From Eledone cirrhosa (lineage: Eukaryota), in assembly GCA_964016885.1 (NCBI GenBank), contig OZ024742.1, positions 10,850,001 to 10,914,000 on the forward strand: 64,000 nt of DNA. Direction: 5' to 3'. Below are positions 27,122-43,579 of the stretch, in pieces. The notes beneath the pieces were generated by a model. The model was given only the letters and a program-made list of their open reading frames with translations. It did no database searches and was not told where the DNA came from. Each line of letters opens with the position of its first letter. Positions within the stretch are counted from its first letter, which is position 1. A program made the translations under genes and the position numbers.

Positions 27122-27440
27122 GTGAAGGTGCATGGCTTAGTGGTTAGAGCATTGGGCTTGCAATTGAGAGGTTGTCAGTTCAATTCTTAGACTGAGTAAT
27201 GAGTTTTGAGCAAGACACTTTATTCCACTTTACTACAGTTTACTCAGCTGTAGAAATGGGTTGTGACATCACTGGTGTCAAGCTGTATTGGTCATTGCCT
27301 TGGACAACATTGAGGGCGAGGGGAGACTGGTATGGATGACTGCTGGTCTTCCACAATAACACCTTGCTCAGACTTGTGCCTCAGAGGGGAACTTTCTAGG
27401 TACAAATTCCATGGTCATTCATGACCAAAGGGGTCTTTAC
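27122..27440 (+). mobile_element. tRNA-headed SINE
   Basis: A box tggcttagtgg, a B-box-like gttcaattc, and a shared gagcaagacactt core. Confidence 0.7.
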
Positions 27441-27801
27441 TCTGGTTGATGAAGGTCATTGTATCATGCAACTTTGATGCGGTCCACTGATTCATGATCC
27501 ATCTAGGAAAGGAGGCAGTAACAATAAAAATTGACTCAGATGGTAACAACCTGACCCATGACAATGTGAAGTTAAATGGATGATGACAATAATTGTGTGT
27601 GTGTGTGCATGCGCGTGTGTGAGTGTGCACTCAAATAGACTCACAGCCATAAATACACAATGCCACTCACATATACTGTATTTCATGCGAGAAATTATTT
27701 TTACATACATAATCTGAACAAACAATACACACACACACATTCCCATATAAACTCTATTTCATACTATATATTAGCATATATTGTTATACTGTGTGTGTAT
27801 A

Positions 27802-28300
<499 letters not shown>

Positions 28301-28939
28301 TATATATATATATATATATATAAACATGTTGGCAAATATATGTTAACATATACACCCTTAACAAACATACACATACACACATACAAAAACAAACACACAT
28401 ATTTTCATAGAAAACTGGCTGGGACAACAGATATTAAATAGAGACGATGATGATGCTTCAATACAAACTTTATTTTATGCTATAAACATACATACACATC
28501 ATCATCATCATCATCATCATCATCAGGTTTAGCGTCCGTGTTCCACACTTGCATGGGTTTGGACGGGGGTTTTCCCACTTGAGGCAAGAGTGGTTGTCTT
28601 GCTCGCATAGGACTGTCTGGCGGGTTTTCTACAGTTGGATGCCTTTCCTAACACCAACCACATTTACAGTGTGGGGCTGGGAGGTTTTTACGTGTTGCCT
28701 ACACATATATAAACATATCTATATCTATCTATCTATCTATATCTATCATATATATATATATATTAAACATATCTATATCTATCTATCTATATCTATCATA
28801 TATATATATATTAAACATATCTATATATATACATAAACATATTTATATATATATATATATACGTAATCTTGTATATATACATAAATTTGTTGGCAATTAT
28901 TTAAAAGATAAACTCCTAACACACAGATACACTCACATA

Positions 28940-31900
28940 CACACACACAGATATGTAGTCACATACCCACACATATAGATATACAGTCACATACCCACAC
29001 ATATAGATATACAGTCACATACCCACACACATAGATATACAGTCACATACCCACACACATAGATATACAGTCACATACCCACACACAGATATACAGTCAC
29101 ATACCCACACACATATATACAGTCACATACCCACACATATAGATATACAGTCACATACCCACACATATAGATATACAGTCACATACCCACACATATAGAT
29201 ATACAGTCACATACCCACACACACAGATATACAGTCACATACCCACACACAGATATACAGTCACATACCCACACACATATATACAGTCACATACCCACAC
29301 ACAGATATACAGTCACATACCCACATATAGATATACAGTCACATACCCACACACATATATACAGTCACATACCCACACACATAGATATACAGTCACATAC
29401 CCACACACAGATATACAGTCACATACCCACACACACAGATATACAGTCACATACCCACACACAGATATACAGTCACATACCCACACATAGATATATAGTC
29501 ACATACCCACACACACAGATATACAGTCACATACCCACACACAGATATACAGTCACATACCCACACATAGATATATAGTCACATACCCACACACACAGAT
29601 ATACAGTCACATACCCACACACACAGATATACAGTCACATACCCAGACATAGATATATAGTCACATACCCACACACACAGATATACAGTCACATACCCAC
29701 ACACAGATATACAGTCACATACCCACACATATAGATATACAGTCACATACCCACACATAGATATACAGTCACATACCCACACACATATATACAGTCACAT
29801 ACCCACACACATAGATATACAGTCACATACCCACACACATAGATATACAGTCACATACCCACACACACAGATATACAGTCACATACCCACACACAGATAT
29901 ACAGTCACATACCCACATATAGATATACAGTCACATACGCACACACACATATATATAGTCACATACCCACACACACAGATATACAGTCACATACCCACAC
30001 ACACAGATATACAGTCACATACCCACACACTTAGATATACAGTCACATACCCACACACACAGATATACAGTCACATACCCACACACACAGATATACAGTC
30101 ACATACCCACACACATAGATATACAGTCACATACCCACACACACAGATATACAGTCACATACCCACACACAGATATACAGTCACATACCCACACACATAG
30201 ATATACAGTCACATACCCACACACAGATATACAGTCACATACCCACACACATAGATATACAGTCACATACCCACACACACAGATATACAGTCACATACCC
30301 ACACACTTAGATATACAGTCACATACCCACACACACAGATATACAGTCACATACCCACACACACAGATATACAGTCACATACCCACACACACAGATATAC
30401 AGTCACATACCCACACACATAGATATACAGTCACATACCCACACACACAGATATACAGTCACATACCCACACACAGATATACAGTCACATACCCACACAC
30501 ACAGATATACGGTCACATACCCACACACAGATATACAGTCACATACCCACACACATAGATATACAGTCACATACCCACACACACAGATATACGGTCACAT
30601 ACCCACACACAGATATACAGTCACATACCCACACACATAGATATACAGTCACATACCCACACACACAGATATACGGTCACATACCCACACACACAGATAT
30701 ACAGTCACATACCCACACATAGATATACAGTCACATACCCACACACACAGATATACAGTCACATACCCTCACACACAGATATACAGTCACATACCCACAC
30801 ACATAGATATACAGTCACATACCCACACACACAGATATACAGTCACATACCCACATATAGATATACAGTCACATACGCACACACACATATATATAGTCAC
30901 ATACCCACACACACAGATATACAGTCACATACCCACACACATAGATATACAGTCACATACCCACACACATATATACAGTCACATACCCACACATATAGAT
31001 ATACAGTCACATACCCACACACATAGATATACAGTCACATACCCACACACATATATACAGTCACATACCCACACACACAGATATACAGTCACATACCCAC
31101 ACACATAGATATACAGTCACATACCCACACACATAGATATACAGTCACATACCCACACACATATATACAGTCACATACCCACACACAGATATACAGTCAC
31201 ATACCCACACACACAGATATACAGTCACATACCCACACACATAGATATACAGTCACATACCCACACACACAGATATACAGTCACATACCCACACACATAG
31301 ATATACAGTCACATACCCACACACACAGATATACAGTCACATACCCACACACATAGATATACAGTCACATACCCACACACACAGATATACGGTCACATAC
31401 CCACACACACAGATATACAGTCACATACCCACACACAGATATACAGTCACATACCCACACACATAGATATACAGTCACATACCCACACACACAGATATAC
31501 GGTCACATACCCACACACAGATATACAGTCACATACCCACACACATAGATATACAGTCACATACCCACACACACAGATATACGGTCACATACCCACACAC
31601 AGATATACGGTCACATACCCACACACACAGATATACAGTCACATACCCACACACATAGATATACAGTCACATACCCACACACACAGATATACAGTCACAT
31701 ACCCACACACAGATATACAGTCACATACCCACACACACAGATATACAGTCACATACCCACACACACATATATACAGTCACATACCCACACACACAGATAT
31801 ACAGTCACATACCCACACACACAGATATACAGTCACATACCCACACATATAGATATACAGTCACATACCCACACACACAGATATACAGTCACATACCCAC

Positions 31901-34552
31901 ACACAGATATACAGTCACATACCCACACACATAGATATACAGTCACATACCCACACACACAGATATACAGTCACATACCCACACACACAGATATACAGTC
32001 ACATACCCACACATATAGATATACAGTCACATACCCACACACACAGATATACAGTCACATACCCACACACAGATATACAGTCACATACCCACACACACAG
32101 ATATACAGTCACATACCCACACACACAGATATACAGTCACATACCCACATATAGATATACGGTCACATACCCACACACACAGATATACAGTCACATACCC
32201 ACACACACAGATATACAGTCACATACCCACACACATATATATACAGTCACATACCCACATATAGATATACGGTCACATACCCACACACACAGATATACAG
32301 TCACATACCCACACACATAGATATACAGTCACATACCCACATATAGATATACAGTCACATACCCACACACACAGATATACAGTCACATACCCACATATAG
32401 ATATACGGTCACATACCCACACACACAGATATACAGTCACATACCCACACATATAGATATACAGTCACATACCCACACACAGATATACAGTCACATACCC
32501 ACACATAGATATATAGTCACATACCCACACACACAGATATACAGTCACATACCCACACACACAGATATACAGTCACATACCCACACACACAGATATACAG
32601 TCACATACCCACACACAGATATCCGGTCACATACCCACACACATAGATATACAGTCACATACCCACACACACAGATATACAGTCACATACCCACACACAC
32701 AGATATACAGTCACATACCCACACACACAGATATACAGTCACATACCCACACACAGATATACAGTCACATACCCACACACATAGATATACAGTCACATAC
32801 CCACACACACAGATATACAGTCACATACCCACACACAGATATACAGTCACATACCCACACACATAGATATACAGTCACATACCCACACATATAGATATAC
32901 AGTCACATACCCACACACAGATATACAGTCACATACCCACACACACAGATATACAGTCACATACCCACACACACAGATATACAGTCACATACCCACACAC
33001 AGATATACAGTCACATACCCACACACATAGATATACAGTCACATACCCACACACACAGATATACAGTCACATACCCACACACACAGATATACAGTCACAT
33101 ACCCACACACACAGATATACAGTCACATACCCACACACACAGATATACAGTCACATACCCACACACACAGATATACAGTCACATACCCACACACACAGAT
33201 ATACAGTCACATACCCACACACACAGATATACAGTCACATACCCACACACACAGATATACAGTCACATACCCACACACACAGATATACAGTCACATACCC
33301 ACACACACAGATATACAGTCACATACCCACACACACAGATATACAGTCACATACCCACACACACAGATATACAGTCACATACCCACACACATAGATATAC
33401 AGTCACATACCCACACACAGATATACAGTCACATACCCACACACATAGATATACAGTCACATACCCACACACACAGATATACAGTCACATACCCACACAC
33501 AGATATACAGTCACATACCCACACACACAGATATACAGTCACATACCCACACACATATATACAGTCACATACCCACACACAGATATACAGTCACATACCC
33601 ACACACACAGATATACAGTCACATACCCACACACACAGATATACAGTCACATACCCACACACACAGATATACAGTCACATACCCACACACATAGATATAC
33701 AGTCACATACCCACACACATAGATATACAGTCACATACCCACACACACAGATATACAGTCACATACCCACACACATAGATATACAGTCACATACCCACAC
33801 ACACAGATATACAGTCACATAGCCACACACACAGATATACAGTCACATACCCACACACAGATATACAGTCACATACCCACACACACAGATATACGGTCAC
33901 ATACCCACACACACAGATATACAGTCACATACCCACACACACAGATATACAGTCACATACCCACACACACAGATATACAGTCACATACCCACACACACAG
34001 ATATACAGTCACATACCCACACACACAGATATACAGTCACATACCCACACATAGATATACAGTCACATACCCACACACAGATATACAGTCACATACCCAC
34101 ACACACAGATATACAGTCACATACCCACACACACAGATATACAGTCACATACCCACACACACAGATATACAGTCACATACCCACACACAGATATACAGTC
34201 ACATACCCACACACATAGATATACAGTCACATACCCACACACACAGATATACAGTCACATACCCACACACATATACAGTCACATACCCACACACACAGAT
34301 ATACAGTCACATACCCACACACACAGATATACAGTCACATACCCACACACATAGATATACAGTCACATACCCACACACATAGATATACAGTCACATACCC
34401 ACACACACAGATATACAGTCACATACCCACACACACAGATATACAGTCACATACCCACACACATAGATATACAGTCACATACCCACACACATAGATATAC
34501 AGTCACATACCCACACACACAGATATACAGTCACATACCCACACACATAGAT
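28940..34552. repeat. 26/28-bp minisatellite, about 200 copies
   Basis: Unit agatatacagtcacataccc(ac)3-4. Confidence 0.98.
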
Positions 34553-35027
34553 GCAAATGTTACATTTATCCTCATATTGTCAAACATGCCATAGTGTATG
34601 TACAAATTGACAGATACACATGCACATACATGCACATACATGTATGTATGCACAAAAACACAGATATATACAGATGCACACATACATACATACATACATG
34701 TATGTATGTATGTATGTATGTGTGCGTGTGTATATGTATGTATTTTTGCGCATACATACATACATGTACACGCACATACATGTATGTATGCGCAAAAATA
34801 CATACACATACACACATACATACATACATGTATGTATGTATACACAAACATATACACACGCACACACATATATATATACATACATACATACACACGCACT
34901 CATGTATGTATACACACACACACATATATATATATATATACATGCGTACATACATACACACACATGTATGTATACACACACACACATCTACGATTTTTGC
35001 TAAGAAGTTACCCTTTGTTATTTGCAG

Positions 35028-35082
35028 AGGATGTTTACACACAAGACAATAAGATATTCTATGGCTTATTTACAACAAACAG
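35028..35082 (+). CDS. Sema2a: Semaphorin-2A-like exon 5 (Sema)
   Basis: Acceptor ttatttgcag, donor gtcagt. (Q)DVYTQDNKIFYGLFTTN; phases fit both neighbours. Confidence 0.92.
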
Positions 35083-35757
35083 GTCAGTGAAACTTATTTC
35101 CCCCCATGTCTCCCCTCCCCACTATCTGTCTATATATTTATCTATCCATCTATCTATCTGGATGGCATTCTAACCCCCACCTCCTGCTACACTCTCAGAT
35201 TAAAAAAAAACATTACAGTGATATACTTATTCCAAATCTTTGCCTTAGAATTATGGCAAATTAAAATGTCCACAGAGAACGTACTGAAGCCCATTTCCCC
35301 ACAAGCCTCAAAATATGACCATGGGCCTAGTTTTAATTCCCCTATTCTCCCTCACTTTCGTTGTTCCTATTGGTGTACACCTCACCACATCTTCCTCTAA
35401 CTATTCAACATCTTTCCTATTCCCCTGCCATATACAACCCTCTACATCCATCCTTAAATAACTTTATTTTTTATTACAATCATACTTATTACATTCCTTT
35501 GTGTTATATATAACCAGCATGCCAGAGTACTTACACCCACCCCTACTTGCTTACCTACCTCACATATGCTCATAAACTCTTTTTTTTCTTCAATCTTCCA
35601 ACCTCCTCTCTCTCTCTCCTAACTCTTTTCTGATGAAAGACTAATATCCGATACATTAAGACATTATTTTGCCTCTTCCCACAAACGTAAAACTAACAAG
35701 ACTTCTCTGTGTTGTCTTTTTTAATCTTAAACTATATATGCATATATATATCCACAG

Positions 35758-35905
35758 AAATGGTATCACTGCCTCTGCTATTTGTGCATACCACTGGACT
35801 GACATACAGAAAGTCTTCGATGGCCCCTTTAAGGATCAGAACACGGACACATCTTACTGGTTACCAGTTGCCAATAACCAGGTGCCTGCTATTCGACCAG
35901 GAAAT
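35758..35905 (+). CDS. Sema2a: Semaphorin-2A-like exon 6 (Sema)
   Basis: Acceptor tccacag, donor gtaagt. (R)NGITASAICAYHWTDIQKVFDGPFKDQNTDTSYWLPVANNQVPAIRPGN. Confidence 0.95.
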
Positions 35906-36196
35906 GTAAGTAAACAAAGAAGTAATTAGGTTTTCAGATTTTATACAGATTTAAATTAATTGAGGTAACGAATTGACAGAGTAGTTAGAACGTCAGATAG
36001 AATGTTTGAGAATATTCATTCCAGCTCTCCCTGGGATTGATGTCACCTTTCCAGGTTGATAAAACAATAAGCGGGCGATTATTCGAGATCCGAGAATAGA
36101 CACAAACATACAGTTTTACATATAAATACACGTTTTCTTTATTTAACCCTTACATTCTGACATAATGAATAATCCTCTCTATTTCTATCACTTCAG

Positions 36197-36389
36197 TGCT
36201 CAATCAATGATTCTCGTTCACTACCAGACAATGTTTTAACATTCATCAAAGACAAACCATTGATGCATATGCTGTTACAACATATGTATTCAACACCAAT
36301 ATTTCATAAGGCTGACGTCATGCTACAGAAATTGACCATGGCATTTAATGTTTCTGGACACAACGATATTGTTTTCTTTGCAGCCAGTA
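36197..36389 (+). CDS. Sema2a: Semaphorin-2A-like exon 7 (Sema)
   Basis: Acceptor cacttcag, donor gtaagt. CSINDSRSLPDNVLTFIKDKPLMHMLLQHMYSTPIFHKADVMLQKLTMAFNVSGHNDIVFFAAS carries LPD-x-VL-x-FI-x-x-x-PLM. Confidence 0.95.
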
Positions 36390-36491
36390 GTAAGTTTTTT
36401 ACTCCTCTTCTTCACTGCCATGTTCTCTTTAATCTATGAAGTGATGAAAAGATATTGAAAAAATCTATAGAGCTGATTAATTAATGAGTTA

Positions 36492-38697
36492 TTCCCTCTT
36501 GCACATATTCCCTTGACACTGTCCCCAACCAATTCTATTGTAGGTCCCTCTTGCACAGATCCCCTTGACTGTCACCAACCAATTCTATTGTAGGTCCCTC
36601 TTGCACAGATCCCCTTGACTGTCACCAACCAATTCTATTGTAGGTCCCTCTTGCACAGATCCCCTTGACTGTCCCCAACCAATTCTATTGTAGGTCCCTC
36701 TTGCACAGATCCCCTTGACTGTCCCCAACCAATTCTATTGTAGGTCCCTCTTGCACAGATCCCCTTGACTGTCACCAACCAATTCTATTGTAGGTCCCTC
36801 TTGCACAGATCCCCTTGACTGTCCCCAACCAATTCTATTGTAGGTCCCTCTTGCACAGATTCCCTTGACTGTCCCCAACCAATTCTATTGTAGGTCCCTC
36901 TTGCATAGATCCCCTTGACTGTCCCCAACCAATTCTATTGTAGGTCCCTCTTGCACAGATCCCCTTGACTGTCCCCAACCATTTCTATTGTAGGTCCCTC
37001 TTGCACAGATTCCCTTGACTGTCCCCAACCAATTCTATTGTAGGTCCCTCTTGCACAGATCCCCTTGACTGTCCCCAACCAATTCTATTGTAGGTCCCTC
37101 TTGCACAGATCCCCTTGACTGTCACCAACCAATTCTATTGTAGGTCCCTCTTGCACAGATCCCCTTGACTGTCCCCAACCAATTCTATTGTAGGTCCCTC
37201 TTGCACAGATCCCCTTGACTGTCCCCAACCAATTCTATTGTAGATCCCTCTTGCACAGATCCCCTTGACTGTCCCCAACCAATTCTATTGTAGGTCCCTC
37301 TTGCACAGATTCCCTTGACACTGTCACCATCCAATTTTATTGTAGGTCCCTCTTGCACAGATTCCCTTGACTGTCCCCAACCATTTCTATTGTAGGTCCC
37401 TCTTGCACAGATCCCCTTGACTGTCCCCAACCAATTCTATTGTAGGTCCCTCTTGCACAGATCCCCTTGACTGTCACCAACCAATTCTATTGTAGGTCCC
37501 TCTTGCACAGATCCCCTTGACTGTCCCCAACCAATTCTATTGTAGGTCCCTCTTGCACAGATCCCCTTGACTGTCCCCAACCATTTCTATTGTAGGTCCC
37601 TCTTGCACAGATTCCCTTGACTGTCCCCAACCATTTCTATTGTAGGTCCCTCTTGCACAGATCCCCTTGACTGTCCCCAACCAATTCTATTGTAGATCCC
37701 TCTTGCACAGATCCCCTTGACTGTCCCCAACCAATTCTAGTGTAGGTCCCTCTTGCACAGATTCCCTTGACACTGTCACCATCCAATTTTATTGTAGGTC
37801 CCTCTTGTACAGATTCCCTTGACTGTCCCCAACCAATTCTATTGTAGATCCCTCTTGCACAGATTCCCTTGACTGTCCCCAACCAATTCTATTGTAGATC
37901 CCTCTTGCACAGATCCCCTTGACTGTCCCCAACCAATTCTAGTGTAGGTCCCTCTTGCACAGATTCCCTTGACACTGTCACCATCCAATTTTATTGTAGG
38001 TCCCTCTTGTACAGATTCCCTTGACTGTCCCCAACCAATTCTATTGTAGATCCCTCTTGCACAGATCCCCTTGACTGTCCCCAACCAATTCTAGTGTAGG
38101 TCCCTCTTGCACAGATTCCCTTGACTGTCCCCAACCAATTCTATTGTAGATCCCTCTTGCACAGATTCCCTTGACTGTCCCCAACCAATTCTATTGTAGA
38201 TCCCTCTTGCACAGATTCCCTTGACTGTCCCCAACCAATTCTATTGTAGATCCCTCTTGCACAGATTCCCTTGACTGTCCCCAACCAATTCTATTGTAGA
38301 TCCCTCTTGCACAGATTCCCTTGACTGTCCCCAACCAATTCTATTGTAGATCCCCCTTGCACAGATTCCCTTGACTGTCATCATCCAATTCTATTGTAGA
38401 TCCCTCTTGCACAGATTCCTTTGACTGTCCCCAACCAATTCTATTGTAGATCCCTCTTGCACAGATTCCCTTGACTGTCCCCAACCAATTCTATTGTAGA
38501 TCCCTCTTGCACAGATTCCCTTGACTGTCCCCAACCAATTCTATTGTAGATCCCCCTTGCACAGATTCCCTTGACTGTCATCATCCAATTCTATTGTAGA
38601 TCCCTCTTGCACAGATTCCTTTGACTGTCCCCAACCAATTCTATTGTAGATCCCTCTTGCACAGATTCCCTTGACTGTCATCATCCAATTCTACTGT
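36492..38697. repeat. 50-bp minisatellite, about 44 copies
   Basis: Unit tccctcttgcacagatYcccttgactgtccccaaccaattctattgtagR. Confidence 0.98.
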
Positions 38698-39329
38698 TCA
38701 ATCATATTCAGGGGGTCAGAGGGAATGTAGTTTATGTCATCACAAATCTGCTTCATATAGGTCTTGGCTTGTCATCCTCTGCTAACTCTTCCTTGCGTAG
38801 TTTTTCACAAAAGAACTTCAACAATTTTATCAGTTAACAAATCTTTAGTTAATTTATTAATCAGTCAAGAAACCTTTAATTAACTTTATTAATCAGTCAA
38901 GAAATGATTATCCCTTGTTGCTCAACATGTAATGTAAGGCAGATATATCTGTCTTACGTTACATTTCTCAATCTTGAATACATAAAGATTGCAATAAATA
39001 AAGTCTTTAATAGGACAGGATGACCATGACTGGAGAGTCTGTCTTTATAAATCTGCCCAGTTTAATTTGAGCTGAAGTTAACCCACAGCCAATTGTCTGG
39101 TTTAACACTACCTGGCTCTTGGATATTTTTAAGAGTTTACTCTGTTGCAAGTGTTTAGGCTAGCTGTCCAGTCCAAGCATATTTTTTTTATTTATTTTAC
39201 CTGCCACTGAGGCATAAACATACAGACATAAGCATATACATGTATAGACACACATACACACAATACCTAGCATAGAACTCATTTTCAAAGTGTAACTTAT
39301 TTAATGATATACCATTTTCTTTTCTTCAG

Positions 39330-39457
39330 ATCAAGGAAAAGTTTATAAAATTTTCCAGTGGCCTATTTACAATGTAAATGAGAAGCCTTACGCAGTTGTG
39401 TCTGCTGTGTATTCACCATTTTCAGACACTCAACCAATATGGAATATGATAATGCAG
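39330..39457 (+). CDS. Sema2a: Semaphorin-2A-like exon 8 (Sema)
   Basis: Acceptor ttttcttcag, donor gtaagt. (N)QGKVYKIFQWPIYNVNEKPYAVVSAVYSPFSDTQPIWNMIMQ. Confidence 0.92.
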
Positions 39458-41164
39458 GTAAGTATCATTTCAGTCTTTGATAAAATGTTATATTTTGTGG
39501 TGGGTTAAGGCTTGGTTAAAAATGTCATTTTGTGTGTTGTTGAAGACATGATTGTGAGTTAAGGCTTGGTTAAAAATTTTATATTTTGTATAGGTAGTTG
39601 TATGGATGTGGGGGTTATTTCTTGGATAAAAATGTTATATTTTGTGTGTTGGTGAAGGCATGATTGTGGGGTTAAGTATTGGAGAAAAATGTTACATTTT
39701 GTGTCGGTGGAGGAATGGTTGTGTGGTTTGGTTATTTTCTAACGGTGGTTGGTTCTGGATTTGATCTCACTATACTAAGATACTAATTCAAAGAATTAAT
39801 ATCTTCATCAACAGCAAGTAGAATTTGTTAGATAGAAACTGCATGAAAACCAATAAGTTCCTCTAGAGAATTATGACAGATTCTGAGAGAAAAATGTCAT
39901 TGTAATTCAATATTATATAGTAACTTAGGTTGGGATAGGAGACAAATAAACTGGTTCATTGAAATGTCATGGGTTTGTCCCTCACTGATGATAGAATATC
40001 TTTTTGCCTGTTTTCCATGCAGGAATGGTCATTAGAGTCGAGATTAGACAGGTCAGGCAACCATGTCTTGATCATGTGTACTATATTATGACATGGCTTC
40101 TAAATTACTTGCTAATGTTACTTATTTTACAGAGTAGACTGGGTGCATTTATCATGGCATCCGCACTAGAGAAGTTGTCAAGTCTCTGTTATAACTAAAG
40201 GGTCCTCTCTACCCTAGATTGTTTCAGTTTGTTCATCAACCCCTTTACAGGTTGTACTGAGTATATATCATAGGTGTTGCTTTGTAAACCCAGCCAACCC
40301 CTACCTAGCATAAACAAAACAAAACATATGATAATGATCCTTTTAATGTATAAAAGAATATCTCATTTGTTGTGGTTAGGCCAGTGATAACCTAATACAA
40401 GTAGAGGCCAACCTTTTAACACTGTGCGAGATATGACTCATCATAATGTGGGCCAAACTAAAACGTTTCAAGGTAACATTTCATCAGGTATGCCATTGAG
40501 AAAGCCAAACGAGCTGTCGCTTACCTATGACTGCTTTAGTAGATACTGGGTTATTATATTTTGAAACCTTTGTAATAGCAATTGTTTAGTAAAGCAAATA
40601 ATTTAGTTAATCAAATAAGTTTGCTTTGAGATATTGTTTACGAAAGAGACACATATCTATAGAAAAGTGGATTTTATTTTTTATATAATTGTATTGATGT
40701 ATGTGAATTTCCATCCTCTGTTCATTACTGAATGTAGAGAGCAAGCTTACACCAACTTACACAACAACTCTCAAATACATGAAAACTATAATTGAAAAAG
40801 CAAGTATATAAATGTCAATAATAATGTTATAGATATTCTATCATGCATTCTGTTTTGTTGTATTCTGTTGAAACTAAGATACAGAATATATCAACTTAAT
40901 TGTCAACAATTTTTTTTATTGAATTTAACCTCATAACTGATATTAGAGGTCAGCAAGCCATTTCCTTGGCAAGTTGGCAGCAAAGTTGTTAGAATATAAG
41001 AAAGAATACTTTGTGGTGCTTGTTTTGGCTGTGTGCTCTGAGTTCAAAACACACTGAGGTCAATATAAGGTAGATAAAGACATTACTACTCCAGTACTGG
41101 GTTGATTATTCCTCAATAGTTCTTTACAAGGTAGATAACAGTACCAGTTTTGTACTGGGGTCAT

Positions 41165-41503
41165 CATTTTCATCATTTCATTTTACGTCCGCTTTTCCCT
41201 GCTTGCAAGGGTAGGACGGGAACTGATTCTGGCTTGATTTCTACAGCTGGATGCCCTTCCTAACACCAACCTCATTTACAGTGAGTGATGTGTGCTTTTT
41301 TGCTGTGGCACCTCCACGACCACTTTACAGTGGAATGATAGGGACCCCAGTCCTATCATGTCATTTCTACAGCTGAGTAAACTGGAGCAATGTGAAATAA
41401 AGTGTCTTGCTCAAGGAAACAACACATCACCCGGTCTGAGAATTGAACTCACAACCTTTCGATTGCAAGGCCAATGCTCTAACCACTAAGCCATGTGCCT
41501 CCA
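41165..41503 (-). mobile_element. tRNA-headed SINE with RTE-type tail
   Basis: Reverse copy of the 27921-28300 family. Confidence 0.78.
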
Positions 41504-42024
41504 TGTCAATTCCACTATATTTCTTTACACGGTAGATAAAACTACCAGTTTTGTACTGGGGGTTGATTCTTCCTCTATATTTCTTTACAAGGTAGATAAT
41601 AGTACCAGTTTCATACTGGGATCAATTCTTCTATATCTCTCACTTCATCTCTATCACTCCTCTTCTCTGGAAGAAATTGGCACTGTTGAAATATGAAGAG
41701 AGGGTGGCCCCCATCAGGTTTAAATGGTTAAGACACAAGATGTCATAACTGTTTCCCTATAGCTCCACCAGGAGCTATACATCTATACATATACATCCAT
41801 CAATCGATTGATCAACAAGTTCCCCGACTTCATTCACTTACTGAGTCGGATGGAATTTGTCAAATCAGATCAAGGAAACAATGTTGCCATTCGTCTTTCC
41901 ATTGCTGTTTCATATCTACTGATCGCAACACAAACACACACACACACACACACAACTAACTTTTATTCTCAGGACTATTCTGTCTAAAGATTGCAGTGAA
42001 TAATGTTTTGGCCACTACATCCTT

Positions 42025-42366
42025 ATTGTTATTACTACCACCACCACTACTACTACCACCACCACTACTACTATCACCACCACCACTGCTACTACCACCA
42101 CCACTATTATCATCACTACTACAACCCCCACTACTATTACCACCACCACCACTATTATTACCACCACCATTATTACTATAACCCCCACTACTACTATCAC
42201 CACCACCACTGCTACTACCACCACCACTATTATCATCACTACTACAACCCCCACTACTATTACCACCATCACCACCACCACCACCACTACTACTATTACC
42301 ACCACCATTATTACTACAACCCCCACTACCAACACAACTAATACCACCACTATTCCAACTACTACT
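42025..42366. repeat. Cryptic (CCA/CTA)n repeat with higher-order duplication
   Basis: Low-complexity trinucleotide tract just upstream of exon 9. Confidence 0.9.
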
Positions 42367-42408
42367 GTTTGTAATCATCTGAATTTATTTGTATTGTTTT
42401 CATTGCAG

Positions 42409-42569
42409 AAAGACTATTTGTATTTGAGTACAGACAGTAAAGTACTACAGGTGAATGTGGAGACATGTGAACAGTATAAAAAAGCAGACGCTTGTATTAA
42501 TGACCCCTACTGTGGATGGGCTAGGAATGACAGATGTATGCCTTACAAGAGAGGTTCTTCTCATTACAA
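42409..42569 (+). CDS. Sema2a: Semaphorin-2A-like exon 9 (end of Sema, PSI domain)
   Basis: Acceptor ttcattgcag, donor gtaagc. KDYLYLSTDSKVLQVNVETCEQYKKADACINDPYCGWARNDRCMPYKRGSSHY contains the PSI motif DPYCGW. Confidence 0.95.
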
Positions 42570-43148
42570 GTAAGCACACTACAGATAAATTCTATTGTCA
42601 CTTGTAAACACTGTTTATGATTTGAAGTCTTGTCAGGAGCTCAGAAGTTCATCAGCCCAGGGAATATCCCAGTTTCCATGGGGTTAAGTGACTGAGTACA
42701 AGACTTCCCATCTATAGGATGCCAGTCCATCATAGGGGTAAACCCTCTGCTATTGCTGGTACTCATTTTCAGTTGAGTAAACTGGAGCAACGTGAAATGA
42801 AGTGTTTGGCTCAAGAACACAACACAACCCAGCCTGGAAATTGAACATACGATATTATGATCATAAGTCCAACACCCTTACTACTGTTATGTTTGTGTTT
42901 ATATTTCAACTGTTCATGATACTTAAAATATACATATAAATATGGCAGCATGGTGATGCAATTTAACAAGTTCACCATCACCATTATGGTGATTCACAGT
43001 TGTGGTTATGTAGTTCCAGAGATTCCAAGTTCAATCACATGACATCATACATTAAACTAGTGGTTTCTTTTTTACTATATCTGACCTTGTCAGTGACATT
43101 TGCTATACACATGTTTATATACTTATTATTATTAAAATATAATAAAAA

Positions 43149-43342
43149 GGGCGGTGGATTGGCAGTATCGGTAGAGAGTTGGACACCATGCTTTACAGCA
43201 TAGAGTTACGGCCCTTTATGATCGGAGTTCAAATCCCGCCGAAGTCAACTTTGCCTTTCATCCTTACGAGGTCGATAAAATAAAGTACCAGTAATGCACT
43301 GGGATAATTGCTGGCCTTGTGCCAAAAGTAGAAACAATTATT
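43149..43342 (+). mobile_element. tRNA-headed SINE (family B), full length
   Basis: Head ggcggtggattggcagtatcggtagag, B box gagttcaaatccc, core gcctttcatcc...gtcgataaaataaagtaccag. Flanking direct repeat attattaaaatataat. Confidence 0.82.
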
Positions 43343-43513
43343 AAAATATAATCAAGAAAGAAATTATATTATACATGATATACAAAGAAGACAACCCAGG
43401 GAAACACAGGCACATGTATTTTGTCAAGCAAATCAACATATATGTTAAAACTTGCCCTATAGACTGAGTGTTCTACACCTTCTTAGATGTCTTACTAAAT
43501 AAACTATAACAAA

Positions 43514-43579
<66 letters not shown>

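Noticed and set aside
43149-43240. tRNA-like sequences with A and B boxes
   Set aside because: They are SINE heads continuing into a shared SINE body with multiple diverged copies, and no full cloverleaf is evident.
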